From: Mytilus californianus
Lineage: Eukaryota
DNA length: 64,000 nt
Reading direction: 5' to 3'
Assembly (NCBI RefSeq): GCF_021869535.1
Contig: NW_026262581.1
Location: 124,682,001 to 124,746,000, forward strand
Shown: positions 37,024-49,654 of the stretch, piece by piece
How the letters are laid out: the number at the start of each line of letters is the position of its first letter
Numbering within the stretch: position 1 is the first letter of the stretch
Translations under genes and position numbers: made by a program
Notes under the pieces: generated by a model
The model's database searches: none
What the model saw: the letters and a program-made list of their open reading frames with translations, nothing else
Told to the model about the DNA's origin: nothing

Positions 37024-38172
37024 TTTCCGTTTACTTAATTTTTTACAACAGAACGAAAAAGCATCTTAAAGACACTTTTTTAACGTATTCAAGATGATTA
37101 TAAACAACATGTTGTTCCCTTTTCAGAAATGAATAACTACACATTCTGTAAATTTTTATATTCATGGAAACACAGATAACGTCATAAACAACAAGAAGAG
37201 GTTTATTAAAATTTTTGAGATTTGTACGATTTTCATTGTCTAAAGTTTTCACAGATTCACAAATTTTCTGCACGTTCATGTTCTTTCATAACTTGCTATT
37301 CTATTCCTGTATTTTCAATTCCTTATATTGTAAACCAGATTCATGCTGTCTTTTCCCAATTTCAATATTTTAACCAATTAAAAATCAAAGCATATTAGTA
37401 TTTTCTGTATTGCTTTTTGTGAAGAACGTCAACAACTTTGTTCATGATTTGTAATGAGAAATAAATTTGATTATTCCGTGTTGCTTTGTTCCAAGAAGTG
37501 AAATCAATAACTATTAGGCGAACATAAGGCCAAAGATTGTTGTTATATCTTATTAAATTTCGACCTTGATTTTAATCGTGCTGTTCTGTTTGTCGTTTAA
37601 ATTTTTATTCAATTGCTTATAATTACATTACATGTATGTTTCATTATAATACGTTATTTTGATTGGCTAACAACAATCTCGCGTCATACCGAAATTAACA
37701 TTCATTTCATAATGAAATGTAACATTCATGATGACACGAGCTTCCACAATAAAGTGCACAGGTAAATAAAAGAAAAACTTGATAGAAAATACAAAATGTA
37801 CTTCGGTCAACGCTTTTACACCCCAATAAATTCACAAAAAGAAGCATTCGATTCTTAAACCATGGAACAATTGGTATTAACAGCTGTAACAAATCATGGT
37901 CCTTGTTATGCATTTATCTTAATCAGCTCATCTGTTTATTGCACAATGTTGAAGAAACTTATATGAAAGGTGTCGTGGAGTTGTCTCATAGACGTAAACC
38001 CCATATATCTTTTTATTCAAATGCATAGTTTCAGTAAACATGTCTCAAATATTGATATTTCGATAAGTTTTATTGTCCCAGCTGACATTTTTCTTGAAGT
38101 TTGCAGTTTCCAAATGCGGTTACATTTTAAGCCTATAATTGAGAAGGGTTTGTCAAATGACTTCCACAAGTA

Positions 38173-39044
38173 CGGAAGCGTATAAGGGCCACACACATTT
38201 TTTTTCTATATTTTTTCCTATTTCGCGTTATAACGTAAACCTTTGCGTTATTACGCAAACCTTTGCAAAATAACGCAAACCTTTGAGAAATAACGCAAAT
38301 ATTTACATTATAACGCAAGCATTTGTTTTATCTTATTTCTTATTTAAGTTTCAAGGGAAGCAGCTGTTAAAAATGGAGGAGGCAGCATGTATTAAATTTT
38401 ATCAATCTTTGCACTTATTACAAAGTAAAATGCTTGAGTCTTTATATCGTATCATGGCATTATGATGAGCAGGAGAATATTACAAAGAAAATATAAAAAA
38501 TTGAAGTTATACCGAAGGAAATAAAAAAAAAAAAGAACCCTGTTAATGTAGTCGAAATTAAACATCCTTCCAAACTAAGCGCTTGTATGAGCATTGTGTA
38601 AGATTGGTTAAATCCAAACAAACTACCATATAGAAATAAATGTATAAGATGAAGATTTTGTATTATTAGAATCATGTACTCTACATTTTAATTGCTACCC
38701 AAGCATCTTAAATAGCTACCTTACTAGACTGAAATTTAAAACCCCGTGATTTTTTTTATCAAAGAATCTCTATCAAATTCTGAGATTTAAATAAACGACT
38801 TCTTACATCAAAATTCATTTTTTTTTTATTCTGAATAAGCCGAAAGATCATTTTGTCTATTTGACTCTGTAGTTTCACAATCGTCTGAAAATATTTTTCT
38901 TCTCTTCTTTCCGTAAATCAAAATTTTCAAGGAATTGGCCTTTCAATTGTCAGTCATCAAAATGTTTGCGTTATTTCGCAAAGGATTTCGTTATAACATA
39001 GGAAGAAATATAAAAACAAATTGTGTGGTGCTAATATGCTTCCA
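38173..39044. mobile_element. MITE-like element with long imperfect inverted ends containing TAACGCAAACCTTTG subrepeats
   Basis: 38173-38320 and 38955-39044 are degenerate reverse complements (GGAAGC..A..CCACAC.ATTT...TTATAACG..A.CCTTTGCG..ATAACGCAAAC). Confidence 0.5.
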
Positions 39045-39599
39045 TCAAGTCCAATCTTTATATACCTCATTTTATTTTGGTTTAATTTTACGTCACAAAA
39101 CATTATTTATCATATTAGAAACAACATGGTGTCTGAGTCTGAAAGGTTGAGTCAAAACCATTAAGAAAGATACATGTATCAGTTCAATGCATGTAAATAC
39201 GTAATTTCAAGGTATTAGTTATTGTTTAATTTTTATTGCCTCGTCTGATAGCAAATATTTCATGCATGTTCAGGACGAGAACGAATCAAACAAAACATCT
39301 TATAATTATGTTAAACTTGAACTGAAATTAGAATTAATGCTTTTCTTTCTCTTATTTTTATGAAATACTTTTTCACTGAATATTCTTAAAATAGATGTAC
39401 ATTTTAGTCATTTATAAAGAATTTATTCAAATCGGTAAAAAAAAAAAGTATTAAAGTACAAAACCAATGATAGATATTTTACTTAAGTATTGCTATGTTC
39501 TGCTCATTCTATTTTTGTTTGATTGATATCCCCGACTTTTGTTTTCATGTTTAACCCTATACTGGTTGGAGTGAGAAAAACAGTTTTTTGGCTAACACA

Positions 39600-40320
39600 T
39601 TTTGAAGAGAAGTGATGTTGCCAGCATCATTATACACGATAAGAGAACATGCTCATATACAATAGGAATGTTTATACTTGAATTCGTAAATTGTTGAGAC
39701 CCTGAGGTATATTAATCAATGAAACATAAAACATGTGGTCAATGTTATATGAACCTTGCCAGACAGACATGTACAGCTTACAATCATTCCTTACACCAAC
39801 TATCGTTAACATATTGCTAATAGTATCTGATAAACTGACAAAACCATGAAAACTTAACATTGTTCAATGAACCATGAAAATGAAGTCAAGGTCAAATGAA
39901 ACCTGCCAGTTAGACATTTACACTTTACAATCATTCCATAGACCACATATAGTTGACTTATTGCTTTTAGTATCTGATATACGGACTTGACCACGTAAAC
40001 TTAACCTTGATCACTGATCAAGAAATGAGGATGAACATGTAGACTTTGCAAGGATCTCATATACCAAATATAGTTATCATATTACTAATAATTAGTGAGG
40101 TATTCACATGACAAAAAAACAATACTTTTCAAGCAGTCACTGAACCATGCAAATAAGGTCACGGACAAAGGATATATGACAGACGGAAACTTCATAAAAT
40201 AAGGTATCTGCATACAAGGTATGACGCATCCAGGTCTTCTATCGTTTGAAATATAAAGCTGTATGCCAATAGTTTACGCCGTCAGCGGATCGTATTCCCT
40301 ATGTCTCGCATTCTGCGACA
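39600..40320. repeat. Degraded dispersed repeat with internal tandem units (HINE-like)
   Basis: Repeated AACCATGAAAATGA.GTCAAGGTCA and TTACAATCATTCC..ACACCA motifs, ending in CCCTATGTCTCGCATTCTGCGACA. Confidence 0.4.
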
Positions 40321-40631
40321 TTGATTTACTTTAGCGGGAAGTTTACACATGATCGCAAGAGAATTATATATTTGAAACAAAAGTAGTGGCAATAACTCGA
40401 CTTTGGACTTTTGATCAACTAAAAAAATGTTACTTGTATTTCGGAAATCAAAATTTACGCCACATACGTGAAAGTCATTAAACACTTCCTTTGTTATAAT
40501 AATTGAAATAAAACTGAAAAACGTAATTTTCCTTAAAAGATACACTATAAATCAACATATATGTGACGCACATTACTATTGTCACTTAATAATCTATTGA
40601 ATTAGACTAACATTAACGGTACCAATTTTCT

Positions 40632-40675
40632 GCACCAGATGCGCATTTCGAAAATAAATTTCTCTTCAGTGATGC
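40632..40675 (-). ncRNA. Type I minimal hammerhead ribozyme, intact core
   Basis: Minus strand reads GCATCA-CTGAAGA-GAAA tttat TTTC-GAAA-TGCGCA-TC-TGGTGC. CUGANGA and GAAA boxes are intact, with a 6-bp stem I, a 4-bp stem II, a palindromic stem III and an AUC cleavage triplet. It sits in a repeat fragment at 40614-40695. Confidence 0.85.
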
Positions 40676-43600
40676 TCGAAGCCAAAATATTAGAAAATAT
40701 TCCAAGTAAGGAATATGATAGCTGTTTTCCACTCGTTCCGTTGGTTGATAACGTTTGACTTTGTCAGTTTGTATGGACTCCCCCTTTTTTAATTTACCTT
40801 GGAATTCGGAATTTTTGTTATACTATTTATGTACGTAAGTCCGAAATTTGAAATTTTCAAACTTCAAGAGATTGATTTCAACCTCTTAATTTCACATTTC
40901 ACATTTTTTTGTCAGACAACTTATGATAACATTTCAGAAATACTAAGAAGCTTGGTTTTCGTTTAATTTAATGGTAACACCAAACATATCTATCTTCATG
41001 ACAAGTTTTGGTTGTTATCAGAGTACCACTGGAGTCAAAGTAAGCGACCCTTCAGATGAAGTTTATAATTTTTGGTCGTTAAGCATAATAAAAGTTTATA
41101 ATTGATGTAATTTGTGTACAATTATCAAAAGCCTGTATGATGAGCCAGTGGTATCAGAAACGGAAAATCAATGACATTTGACATTCGTCGTAAACCTTCT
41201 GGTATACATTACTAGATTAACAACATATATCTGTAAACCAATACCAGAAGTGCTTTTTAGAAATCCCAGGAAACTTATACATCATATTGCAAAAAAGACT
41301 AATTTCATGTTTTCATATTTTGCTTCCAGTTCTGTGATTTTAATAACAATTTGGCATATATCTTCGTCAATAATTAATGCCCAAGATTCGGAATGATGGG
41401 TAGTTGCAGAGTTGTGATTTGTCAATACTACAATACCGTAGACGGAATTTTAAAGAAATGTAATAGAATCAATAGACACATCTGGATACACAAAATCAAC
41501 TAATTATGGCAGAAGGTATGTGTATTTTTTATATATCGGTGGTACTATAGTATATTAAGTATTTTTTCAGCCCCAAAAAAATCCATTCACATATTTGGGA
41601 AGAAATACCTTTCCCCGATCAAATGTTTGAATATAACTTATAACCGAATTAATCAATTCATTTAGATAAAACTTATTATTCATTTATTATTGTTATTTTA
41701 TTATTATGATTATTACAACATATCCATATGCACGTTCACAAAATATCTGAGAAGAAAAGAAAATTATAAGTAAAATAGTAACATTTGAATATCCAGTCTT
41801 TTTAAATATTTTGACACTTAAAGTATTTGATTTGAAAATGTAGCAGTTCCATTAATATTTGCTTATCAATATAAATATATTTCATTACAAGTTAGGTTTA
41901 GTATCATAGGACATTGATGTCGCATACACGTCTACCACCATTCCCCTCTTTTTCATGAAATTGTCATTGTTTGAATTTGAATCTGATTTTTTTCAGATGT
42001 TTCAACAACATAAATAATTCAACACTTAACGCATATTTAGCATAAGACAATTTTAAGATCAATAATAAACTTAATTATATATCACAACACAATTGATTCA
42101 TTTGCCTTAGTAACTATGTTTCCATGCACAGTTGTATTATTTTTTATAAGACAGTGCCTTAACAAAATGTTTTTTATCATTTTTAATAAAGTTTCAATTA
42201 ATTTGGCTTTTGCCAATCACAAAATTAACAGTATTCAGTTATTTAAGGTGAACGGTTAATTCTATATTTGCAAAACCTTCCTTAAAGGCTTCAAACTGTG
42301 GTAACGTCCCACTTTTCTCTTATTTTATGGTAAATACATGTGAATTCTAAGTTGAAAAAATATTTCACGCTAGAAAAAATGAAAAAAATCTCAGACTCCT
42401 AGCCAACCTTCATGTATTCCCATTAAATGAATAAATTGTATTCAATATAGTTGTACTAAGTTACTGTTTTTAATCAATTTGTACTTACCATTGCGGAAAA
42501 AAATTGAATACAATAATATTAGACTAGAGCAATTCGTTTTCTAACAGATCTAGATCCATTCTATGAAGCACCGTAAGCTATCCTTATTTAAATTCATTGT
42601 TTCAGGAACAAAGGGTTGGTCAAGATATTTGAGTTTGTGTGAGAGAAAGCACCTCTTTCGTTTCATTGCAAAATTTGTTCGTCATAAATATCATTCTGTT
42701 TAAGGTGAAAGCCGTAGAAATATATAGAAAAATCTATCATCCATATTGTCGGACTGTCCATTGGGAAACATCAGCTCCTTTGTCTCTAAGTAAAATGAAA
42801 AGTATAACTGCATTTATTCGACATGCAATCTGTTCCCCTGTTGAACCTCCTTACAGCCTAAGGGTGGAAGTTATACATGAACCTTACCTTTATAAATACC
42901 TCTAAACCTAAGTTAAAGACGAACACAAGAAGAAAACCAAAGTAAATAGTATACACCCTCTTTAAAGGCAAAAACAATAAGCATTCGTGCAACGAATAAG
43001 GCAGACACTTTTTATCATAATATGAAACACGGAAGGACAAAAGATATACCATATACAAATGTACTTGTTATGGATAGGGGAAAACAAATATCATCAGTCG
43101 ATGATATATTTTTGTTTGTGCCTTTGAGCGACAATTGATAAATGCCATCTTTTATTTCTGTTTGCTTTGTATACGAAACATCTGTCCCATGGTTGTTCTG
43201 AGCTGTCCAATTTAGTGCCAGCACAGTTTCGAACTGTTTTCTCCAATCATTGATTAACTTAGAAAGGAACACGTTGATCGTAAAAATCATTAGACAATTT
43301 ACATTATCTGTCAGAGATGTCAGTATAAACACCATTCACAGTATTTGCATTCTGACGGAGCGACTCTCAGACTGTTATCATCGTTACAGAACACATCATT
43401 GCCTTTACCATCCTAATCATTAAATTGTAATCAATGCTCTACTGATAAGCTTCCAACCGTTACATAATCAAAGTTATACGTATATCAAATACCTAAACTA
43501 TTCTTGGTATAGAGAGATAGGAAACTAAGTTTTTTTTTCTGCCAATTTGTAGATGAATCGTGGATGTAGCTTCAGAGAAATGGATTCTTGCATTTGGCCC

Positions 43601-45812
43601 TTATTTTGTCTTGAAGTTTTATACATATAGAAAATATATAGTATGCACAGTTTCCCTCTGGTTTTTATTCAATTTACATTAAAGTAGTTTCAAATCAATA
43701 TATGTTTTTGGTTAAAAAACACATGCTTCGAATCAGAAAACTGTGAAAATTATTTCTCCTCGCTGGATTTTATCCATAAAATTGATCTGTTGAGCCTTTT
43801 AAAAATGCAACACGACCGACAACAAGAAAAGTTGTTATACCAATGGAAGAGATACTAAATATATTAAAATCTTGCTTCTTGTGAATAGTTCTTATACGTG
43901 CTAAATGTATTATTGGTAATTTTCGGTTTATATATCATGTAATTGTTCATAATCTAAGGATGCAGCTTCCTAAGGCGTTGACCTTTTGTGATTTGACTGT
44001 GAAATGTTTTGAAACGGAATTATGCCGGTTTTTCTTTCTTTCTTGTAGTAGTGTTTTTCGTCGGTGAAAGGGATAGCTGTGAGTGAAGTGCATTTTCTGG
44101 ATTGATTTTTGCTTGGTCTATGTGCATATTGTTATTCCACTAATTGACCCAATACATGGTGGATTCTGTACACAAAACTTGTTTTACTACGCTAAACCAG
44201 GCTAAATGTTGACGTCGTCTCTTCATTATTTTTGTCACGAGTATTAAGTGTTTGTATCAGATTGTTGTCAGACTCTTGTGTATATTATTCACAGTTTGGT
44301 TTGTTTGTTGGACTGCATTCACTCCCACGTATCCTGTCTTTATTTTTCACATATTAGAATTTCACAAAACTATAGATAAGTTTTCACATAGTTAGACGTA
44401 CATGATAAAAATAATATTGGTGTGACTGCATGAAGAGTAAAATTATCATCCTTTACGACGAACAAACAAACAAACAAACAATGTACAGCTTTACTGCAAG
44501 CTAGGTATAACATATATATATGCTACAAAACATCATGTACTTTGTTACAACCATATACAAAAGTATTTATTTAGATAAATCATTAATCTGCTAACTAAAT
44601 AATGAAGAAAGTCTATTTTGGATAACAGATTCCATTCATCAGTATGATGAAAAGTTAATCCTATCAATCCATGCTGCACCCCCCCGCCCCCCCCACCCGC
44701 CCCCCCAAAAAAAAGGGAAAAAAAAGAAAAAAAAACTTGAATGCAACTAGTTTAATTATAAAATCTCAAAGTTCACGTACATTAGTGATTTACAATGGAA
44801 GCTTCGTATGTGTATATGCATCCAAAAGTAAATTAGCAGTTCATTGATCCTATTTGGTGCCAACGTTTTTGATTTTCGTATCCAAAATCTTTCCTAAGGG
44901 ATTCTCTCCTCCCTAGACCAAGCAGCGTTGTGGTGAATGATGGGACTTACCATTTTACTGTTTATCACATTTACTCCGTAGAAGATAACAGTATTTGATT
45001 TCGTACCATAGGAGTGACCGTTAAAAGTATCGGTATGCAGTATTTGTTTGCATTACGAACTTCCATCAAAACCGGAATTGATATCAATAAGATGCATATT
45101 TATCTTCTCACGTATTTTTATTTTGTTAGAAAAGCACATCAACATGTATTTGTCTTGATATGCATATAAAACTTGTCACTGGACATTAAACATCATTCCA
45201 TCCATCCGTCGTTTTATTCATATTAACCTCTGACTGCAATCTCATATTCTACCACCATCTACCGCTGTGTTTTAATTAAATACGACTATCATGCAAATAG
45301 AACAACAAACTATTATAACTGGCTATTTTAAATAAACTATCCTTTAGAGTGTAACAAATTACTGAATGCACGTAGACTGGTATTATTTCTTCCAATAACC
45401 AAATCACACTTCCATTGTATTATTTTTCCTAAGTCTAATGGCCGTTTTACAATCATACTGTTACCAATTATAGAAGCGTGGCTGACTTTAGGAGACAAAA
45501 GTAATATCATTTCAGGTGTCGGTTTTGTCCGTGTAATTTTATGGCTTGTAATAAAAGGGGAAAAACTTTTGAAATCGAGTTCCTTAACGTTTGATATAGC
45601 ACTAGTTAGAAAAAGAAAAATATATATGTAGTTGAAATAAGCTAGATGTAGATATAAAACGAAATTTGTAAATACATGGTGAGAATCTGCTGAGTGGGAT
45701 TTTTTAGTTTAATTGTTGTTGAAACATTCTTATATACGCTATTTCCTCCATAGAAGTAGTAGGTATGAGCGTACTATAATATGTGGGGTATTAGCTTTGA
45801 GTATATAATGCC

Positions 45813-45894
45813 ACCATCGCACTTCAGCGTCAAACCATCGCACCTCAGCGTGACCATCGCGGTTCGGAGTACCATCGCGGTTCAGAGTCCTACA
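45813..45894. repeat. Four 18-bp ACCATCGC-type repeats ending in CCTACA (probable transposon terminus)
   Basis: ACCATCGCACTTCAGCGT, ACCATCGCACCTCAGCGT, ACCATCGCGGTTCGGAGT and ACCATCGCGGTTCAGAGT, then CCTACA and (TA)5. Confidence 0.7.
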
Positions 45895-46678
45895 TATATA
45901 TATATGTCGAGTACATGTTATTATTTTGTACAAGTTATTAATTACTTGTATGATGCCATCATACAAGTTATCACTTGTACAAATATAATTGTACAAGTAA
46001 TTACTTTTACAATTTTTGTTGAGAAAAGATAATAACTTGCACAACTCACTATCTTTGTTTCTTCCTTCTGTTTTTTTAAATATTTTATTCAAAAACTCCT
46101 TTCTTTCTCGGGTTTGTTATTTTGTTTTTTTTTTGTCATTTGTCGGGTTGTTTTTTTCTTTTACTATTTTTTCTTATTTATTTGTTCGTTTATTTTTGCT
46201 TAGTAAACATCATTCAGCGTATGTATTTTTGAAATTTATATTGTGTTTCTTTTTCTTTCTTTTGTTCAAGTGTTTATCAGTATTGATTTTGAAATGTTAG
46301 AAGGTTACAGACGGACGACGGACGAGAAGTAATAACTTAAGCTAACATGACACTGAGCAAATTGAGCTAAAAAGCTTGTTGCCACTTAAATACGGACTAC
46401 TGGTTTGTATCCATTTTCTGCAATATTCAGCACAACACTTTTGATATTTCTACAGTCCATCGGACCTCTGTCTACTCTTTGCACTGGTATTATAACATTG
46501 TCTTCAATTTCTAACTCTTTCAATCTTCTTTTGGAAGAAGACAACATCTCATCGGCCTGTATTTGTTGGCCTGACAGGGCCCGTTTTTTTGCACGTACTA
46601 TTTTGAAGTTTTTGTCTGTGTCAACACCATGTCAACACCATCGATGCAGTTTCAGTGCTCATACCAGTTGCAACATTG

Positions 46679-46830
46679 GTTTCAGTGTTTGTGTCCAGAT
46701 TGGTTTTGGTTTCAGTGTTTGTCTCCACATCGGTTTCAGTTTCAGTGTTTGTCTCCACATTGGTTTCGGTTTCAGTGTTCGTGTCCAGATCCGTTTCCGT
46801 TTCAGCGATTGTGCCAGTTTCATCGTCGGT
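46679..46830 (-). repeat. In-frame 30-bp tandem repeat (~5 copies) encoding ETETDLDTNT-like units in the transposase
   Basis: Plus-strand units GGTTTCAGTGTTTGT(G/C)TCCA(G/C)AT(T/C)GGTTT(T/C). ORF 46621-46947 reads ETETDLDTNT/ETETNVETNT/ETETDVETNT/ETKTNLDTNT. Confidence 0.85.
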
Positions 46831-47014
46831 TTCGGTCTCAATGTTTGTTCTGACATTGTCGTCACTATTAGCTGTTGTCAATGACATTAAATCTTCTTCT
46901 GTTTCTATAGTGCCAAGTAACTCTTTTGGAAGGGCTGACGATGACAAGCCAACTTTAGGGTCACTTCCGAATAAAGCTTTATACGGCGACTGATCAATCG
47001 TTCTATGGTGTGAC

Positions 47015-47522
47015 CTGGGGGAAAAGAATTAAAAACATGGAATAATTTGAAAGGAGATAAACAGGGAATGGCAATTGTTCGATATCAAACATCAAACAGC
47101 AACAACACCTCCAATCAAGCGATAAGAACAGAGACATATTGTCGGAATACTGGACAATATTGATGTTATTGCTATACACGGCATTATGCAAGATTATGAG
47201 TTATTTCATGGCAGTCATTTTTATTGGAAGAAAAAAACTGAAGCACCAGGAGGAAACCGCCGACCTACGACAAATAACTGACAATTTGTTCTCGTATATT
47301 TTTAATTTTTTTGAAATATTCTTTATTATTTTTGAAAATGGTTTTTTTAGACATTTTTTTTGTTTGTAATTTAAATTTTTTTTTTATCATATTTTGAAAG
47401 TGTTTTTTTTAAATTATTCTTCCAAATATAAAATAATTGATTTATTATATTTTCAATTGAGGGAAAGATTCAATTGTTCTCTAACAGTTGGGTTTTTATT
47501 ATTATTATGATTATTATTATAC
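47015..47522 (-). other. 508-nt GT-AG spliceosomal intron within the transposase
   Basis: Donor AACAG|GTATAA and acceptor tttttaattcttttcccccag|G. Splicing (phase 2) joins ORF 47453-47869 in frame to ORF 46621-46947 and restores KNRSHHRTIDQSPY. Confidence 0.85.
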
Positions 47523-48091
47523 CTGTTTTTATGGAATTGCACAAATCTTAATCCTTCCGACCAGTGTGAGTTGTTGTTCTCGTGTGTCCATGAAATCATC
47601 ATACTCTTTATGTCAGCGTTCACTTTTTCAACGGACCCCTGACTTTGTGGGTGACGTGGTCTACCATGCGCCAACTTGAGCTGTGGCCACAGAAGTTTAA
47701 GTTCTGTTATTACATTAGCCGTAAATTCCCTTCCATTATCACTTTGCAGGATATGTGGAGCTCCCAAAAGTAAAAAAATGTAAGTGAGTTGGTAAACCAC
47801 TTCAGCTGCTCGTTTTGTCTTTAACGGGCGCAGTACACTGAATTTGGTAAAGTGATCCTGGTAGTGCATGATCCACTTATATTAAAGTCTGTAGAAGTGA
47901 TAGGACGAACGACTAATTTGGTGGTTTCAGAGCGACTTTTTTTTCGAAATACACTTTCCACACATCTGAATGAAAATCCTGATAATTTCTCTGCTGATAT
48001 TGGCAAATTGTTTTTTTTTAACTCCTTATAAGTTTTGTGTATGCCTCCATGACCAACTCCAGAATGTGCTGTTCTAATCAGAGGGTATAAA

Positions 48092-48330
48092 GTAAAACAA
48101 TGAAAATTCTGAACACCAAGGAAAATTCAAAACGGAAAGTCCCTTAACGATTGAAAAATCAAAAGCTCAACCACATCAAACGAATGGAAAACAACTGTCA
48201 TATTCTTGACTTGGTACAGGCATTTCCTTATGTAGACAATGGTGGATTAAACCTTGTTTTAAAGCTAGCTAAACCTCTCACTTGTATGACAGTCGCATAA
48301 AATTCCATTATATTGACAACAATGTGTGAA
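48092..48330 (+). repeat. Copy of the 4384-4575 dispersed repeat inserted into the transposase
   Basis: Direct match to 4384-4575. It interrupts the codons for ...DEL|YPLIRTAH. Confidence 0.8.
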
Positions 48331-48859
48331 TGTCAAAAAAAGGGGTACATCAGTCAACACTGTTATAATCTTTATCACTATAAAACAAATAAATATGTCA
48401 ACAAAGAAAAACAAAATGGCGTATAGACAAAGCACATACGTAAAAAGGATACACAAGAATACAAAAAATGACCACAGCACAACAATACAACTCATCAGCT
48501 GTACAATAATAGATAATTTCGTCTCCTGTGCGAATGAGTTTTTCAATTCCTGTCGGCTGCTACAGATTTATTGTCATCCCACAATTTAATTATTTCATCA
48601 TGAAATTTCTTTTATATACTGTTTTCCATCTTTACACTTCAGTTATGCCTACTAAACTGCACTAAACTAGTTTTTAATTATTTGTCTGAAGGGAAAAGAT
48701 TTGTTGTGAACATCAAATAGGCCAAGGTAGAATAATGATTTGTACAAATAATTATCTTTTTCTCAATAAAAATTGTACAAGTAATTACTTGTACAATTGT
48801 ATTTGTACAAGTAATAATTTGTACAAAATAATAACATGTACACGACATATATATATAGA

Positions 48860-48990
48860 ACTTGCGTCAATAGAACGACAGCATTTTTTGGCTGCGTTGT
48901 CAGCTGGTACAAACACAAAACGCTTTCTGACAATATCTGATTCTCTGTTTATTGTTTTGAATAGAATTCTGTTGTATAAAAATACTTTCG
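48860..48990 (-). mobile_element. Small Penelope-like/Naiad linker-RT remnant
   Basis: Minus-strand peptide RFVFVPADNAAK resembles the FVPADKAANN motif seen upstream of this RT class (recognised from memory). Confidence 0.4.
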
Positions 48991-49654
48991 AAATGTTTAA
49001 TACGATGCCAACAGAAACGTGCATATTATGATGAAGGGCTTCAATTATTTTGAATCAACTTTCTTCTGCAATCATTGGGATGAAGTTTGTAGAAAGGAAG
49101 CCACTGACTTTACGACCTTCGTTCACAACTCAAAATGTTTAGAAAATAGAGAAATTAAGACCCTGTTAGAGATATATAAGAATGCATATGAAACATTTGC
49201 CACTGAACTTTAAGCCACCAACAATCAATGAAATTTATTGATATAGACAATTTCATTTTAAATCGTTTAAGAAGTTCAAAAACTGGTTGAGAAGATAAAA
49301 ATGTGTGTTGAAGATTAATGGATATAAGTGTGTGAAGTAGCCTTGGTTTTAATTAAACCAACAAATATTTTATTTCAAACAAGAAAGTAAATTACTATCC
49401 GAAAACTTGTAATTTTCGTCCGAGTAAGTTTGATGTCATTTATCACAGTTATTTTCTACAAATAAGAATGCTTTTCCTAGAAACGTCACTAGCAACATGA
49501 ACATTTCCATAATTTCAACATAAACGGTTGTTAAGCAGGAAAACTAAAAGACAATGCAATAAACGACCGCAGTTAAAATATTTTAATTATGGTATACAGG
49601 CTTTTGCTGATCACGAATCGATCACAATCCTTTCACTGTTTGGTCTAATGTGTT

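Larger units (their letters stand above)
46386..48629 (-). pseudogene. Integrase-type (HHCC + DDE) transposase pseudogene
   Basis: Pieces in order: GDEIIYYCTADELY, then LIRTAHSGVGHGG...MCGKC (zinc-binding), then YKWIMHYQDHFTKFSVLRPL...LQSDNGREF...HGRPRHPQSQGSVE...KNR|SHHRTIDQSPYKALFG...VIIPVQRVDRGPMDCRN. It is broken by a ~400-bp insertion (~48090-48485), a deletion removing the first catalytic Asp segment, and frameshifts. Confidence 0.85.
45905..48847 (-). mobile_element. Ginger-like (Ginger2/TDD, KRBA2/SCAND3-type integrase) DNA transposon, complete ends, inactivated
   Basis: Termini TGTCGAGTACATGTTATTATTTTGTACAA and TTGTACAAAATAATAACATGTACACGACA match at 28/29. The inverted repeats extend >100 bp (45905-46048 vs 48735-48847). 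TGT...ACA ends with (TA)5 on both flanks enclose an integrase pseudogene. Confidence 0.85.

Noticed and set aside
42639-43420. ORFs of 88 and 106 aa in a less AT-rich patch
   Set aside because: No recognisable domain and no consistent splice-site pairing.
46405-46993. Plus-strand ORFs of 159, 74 and 112 aa with Val/Ser or Cys-rich repeats
   Set aside because: They are antisense read-outs of the 30-bp repeat and transposase on the minus strand.
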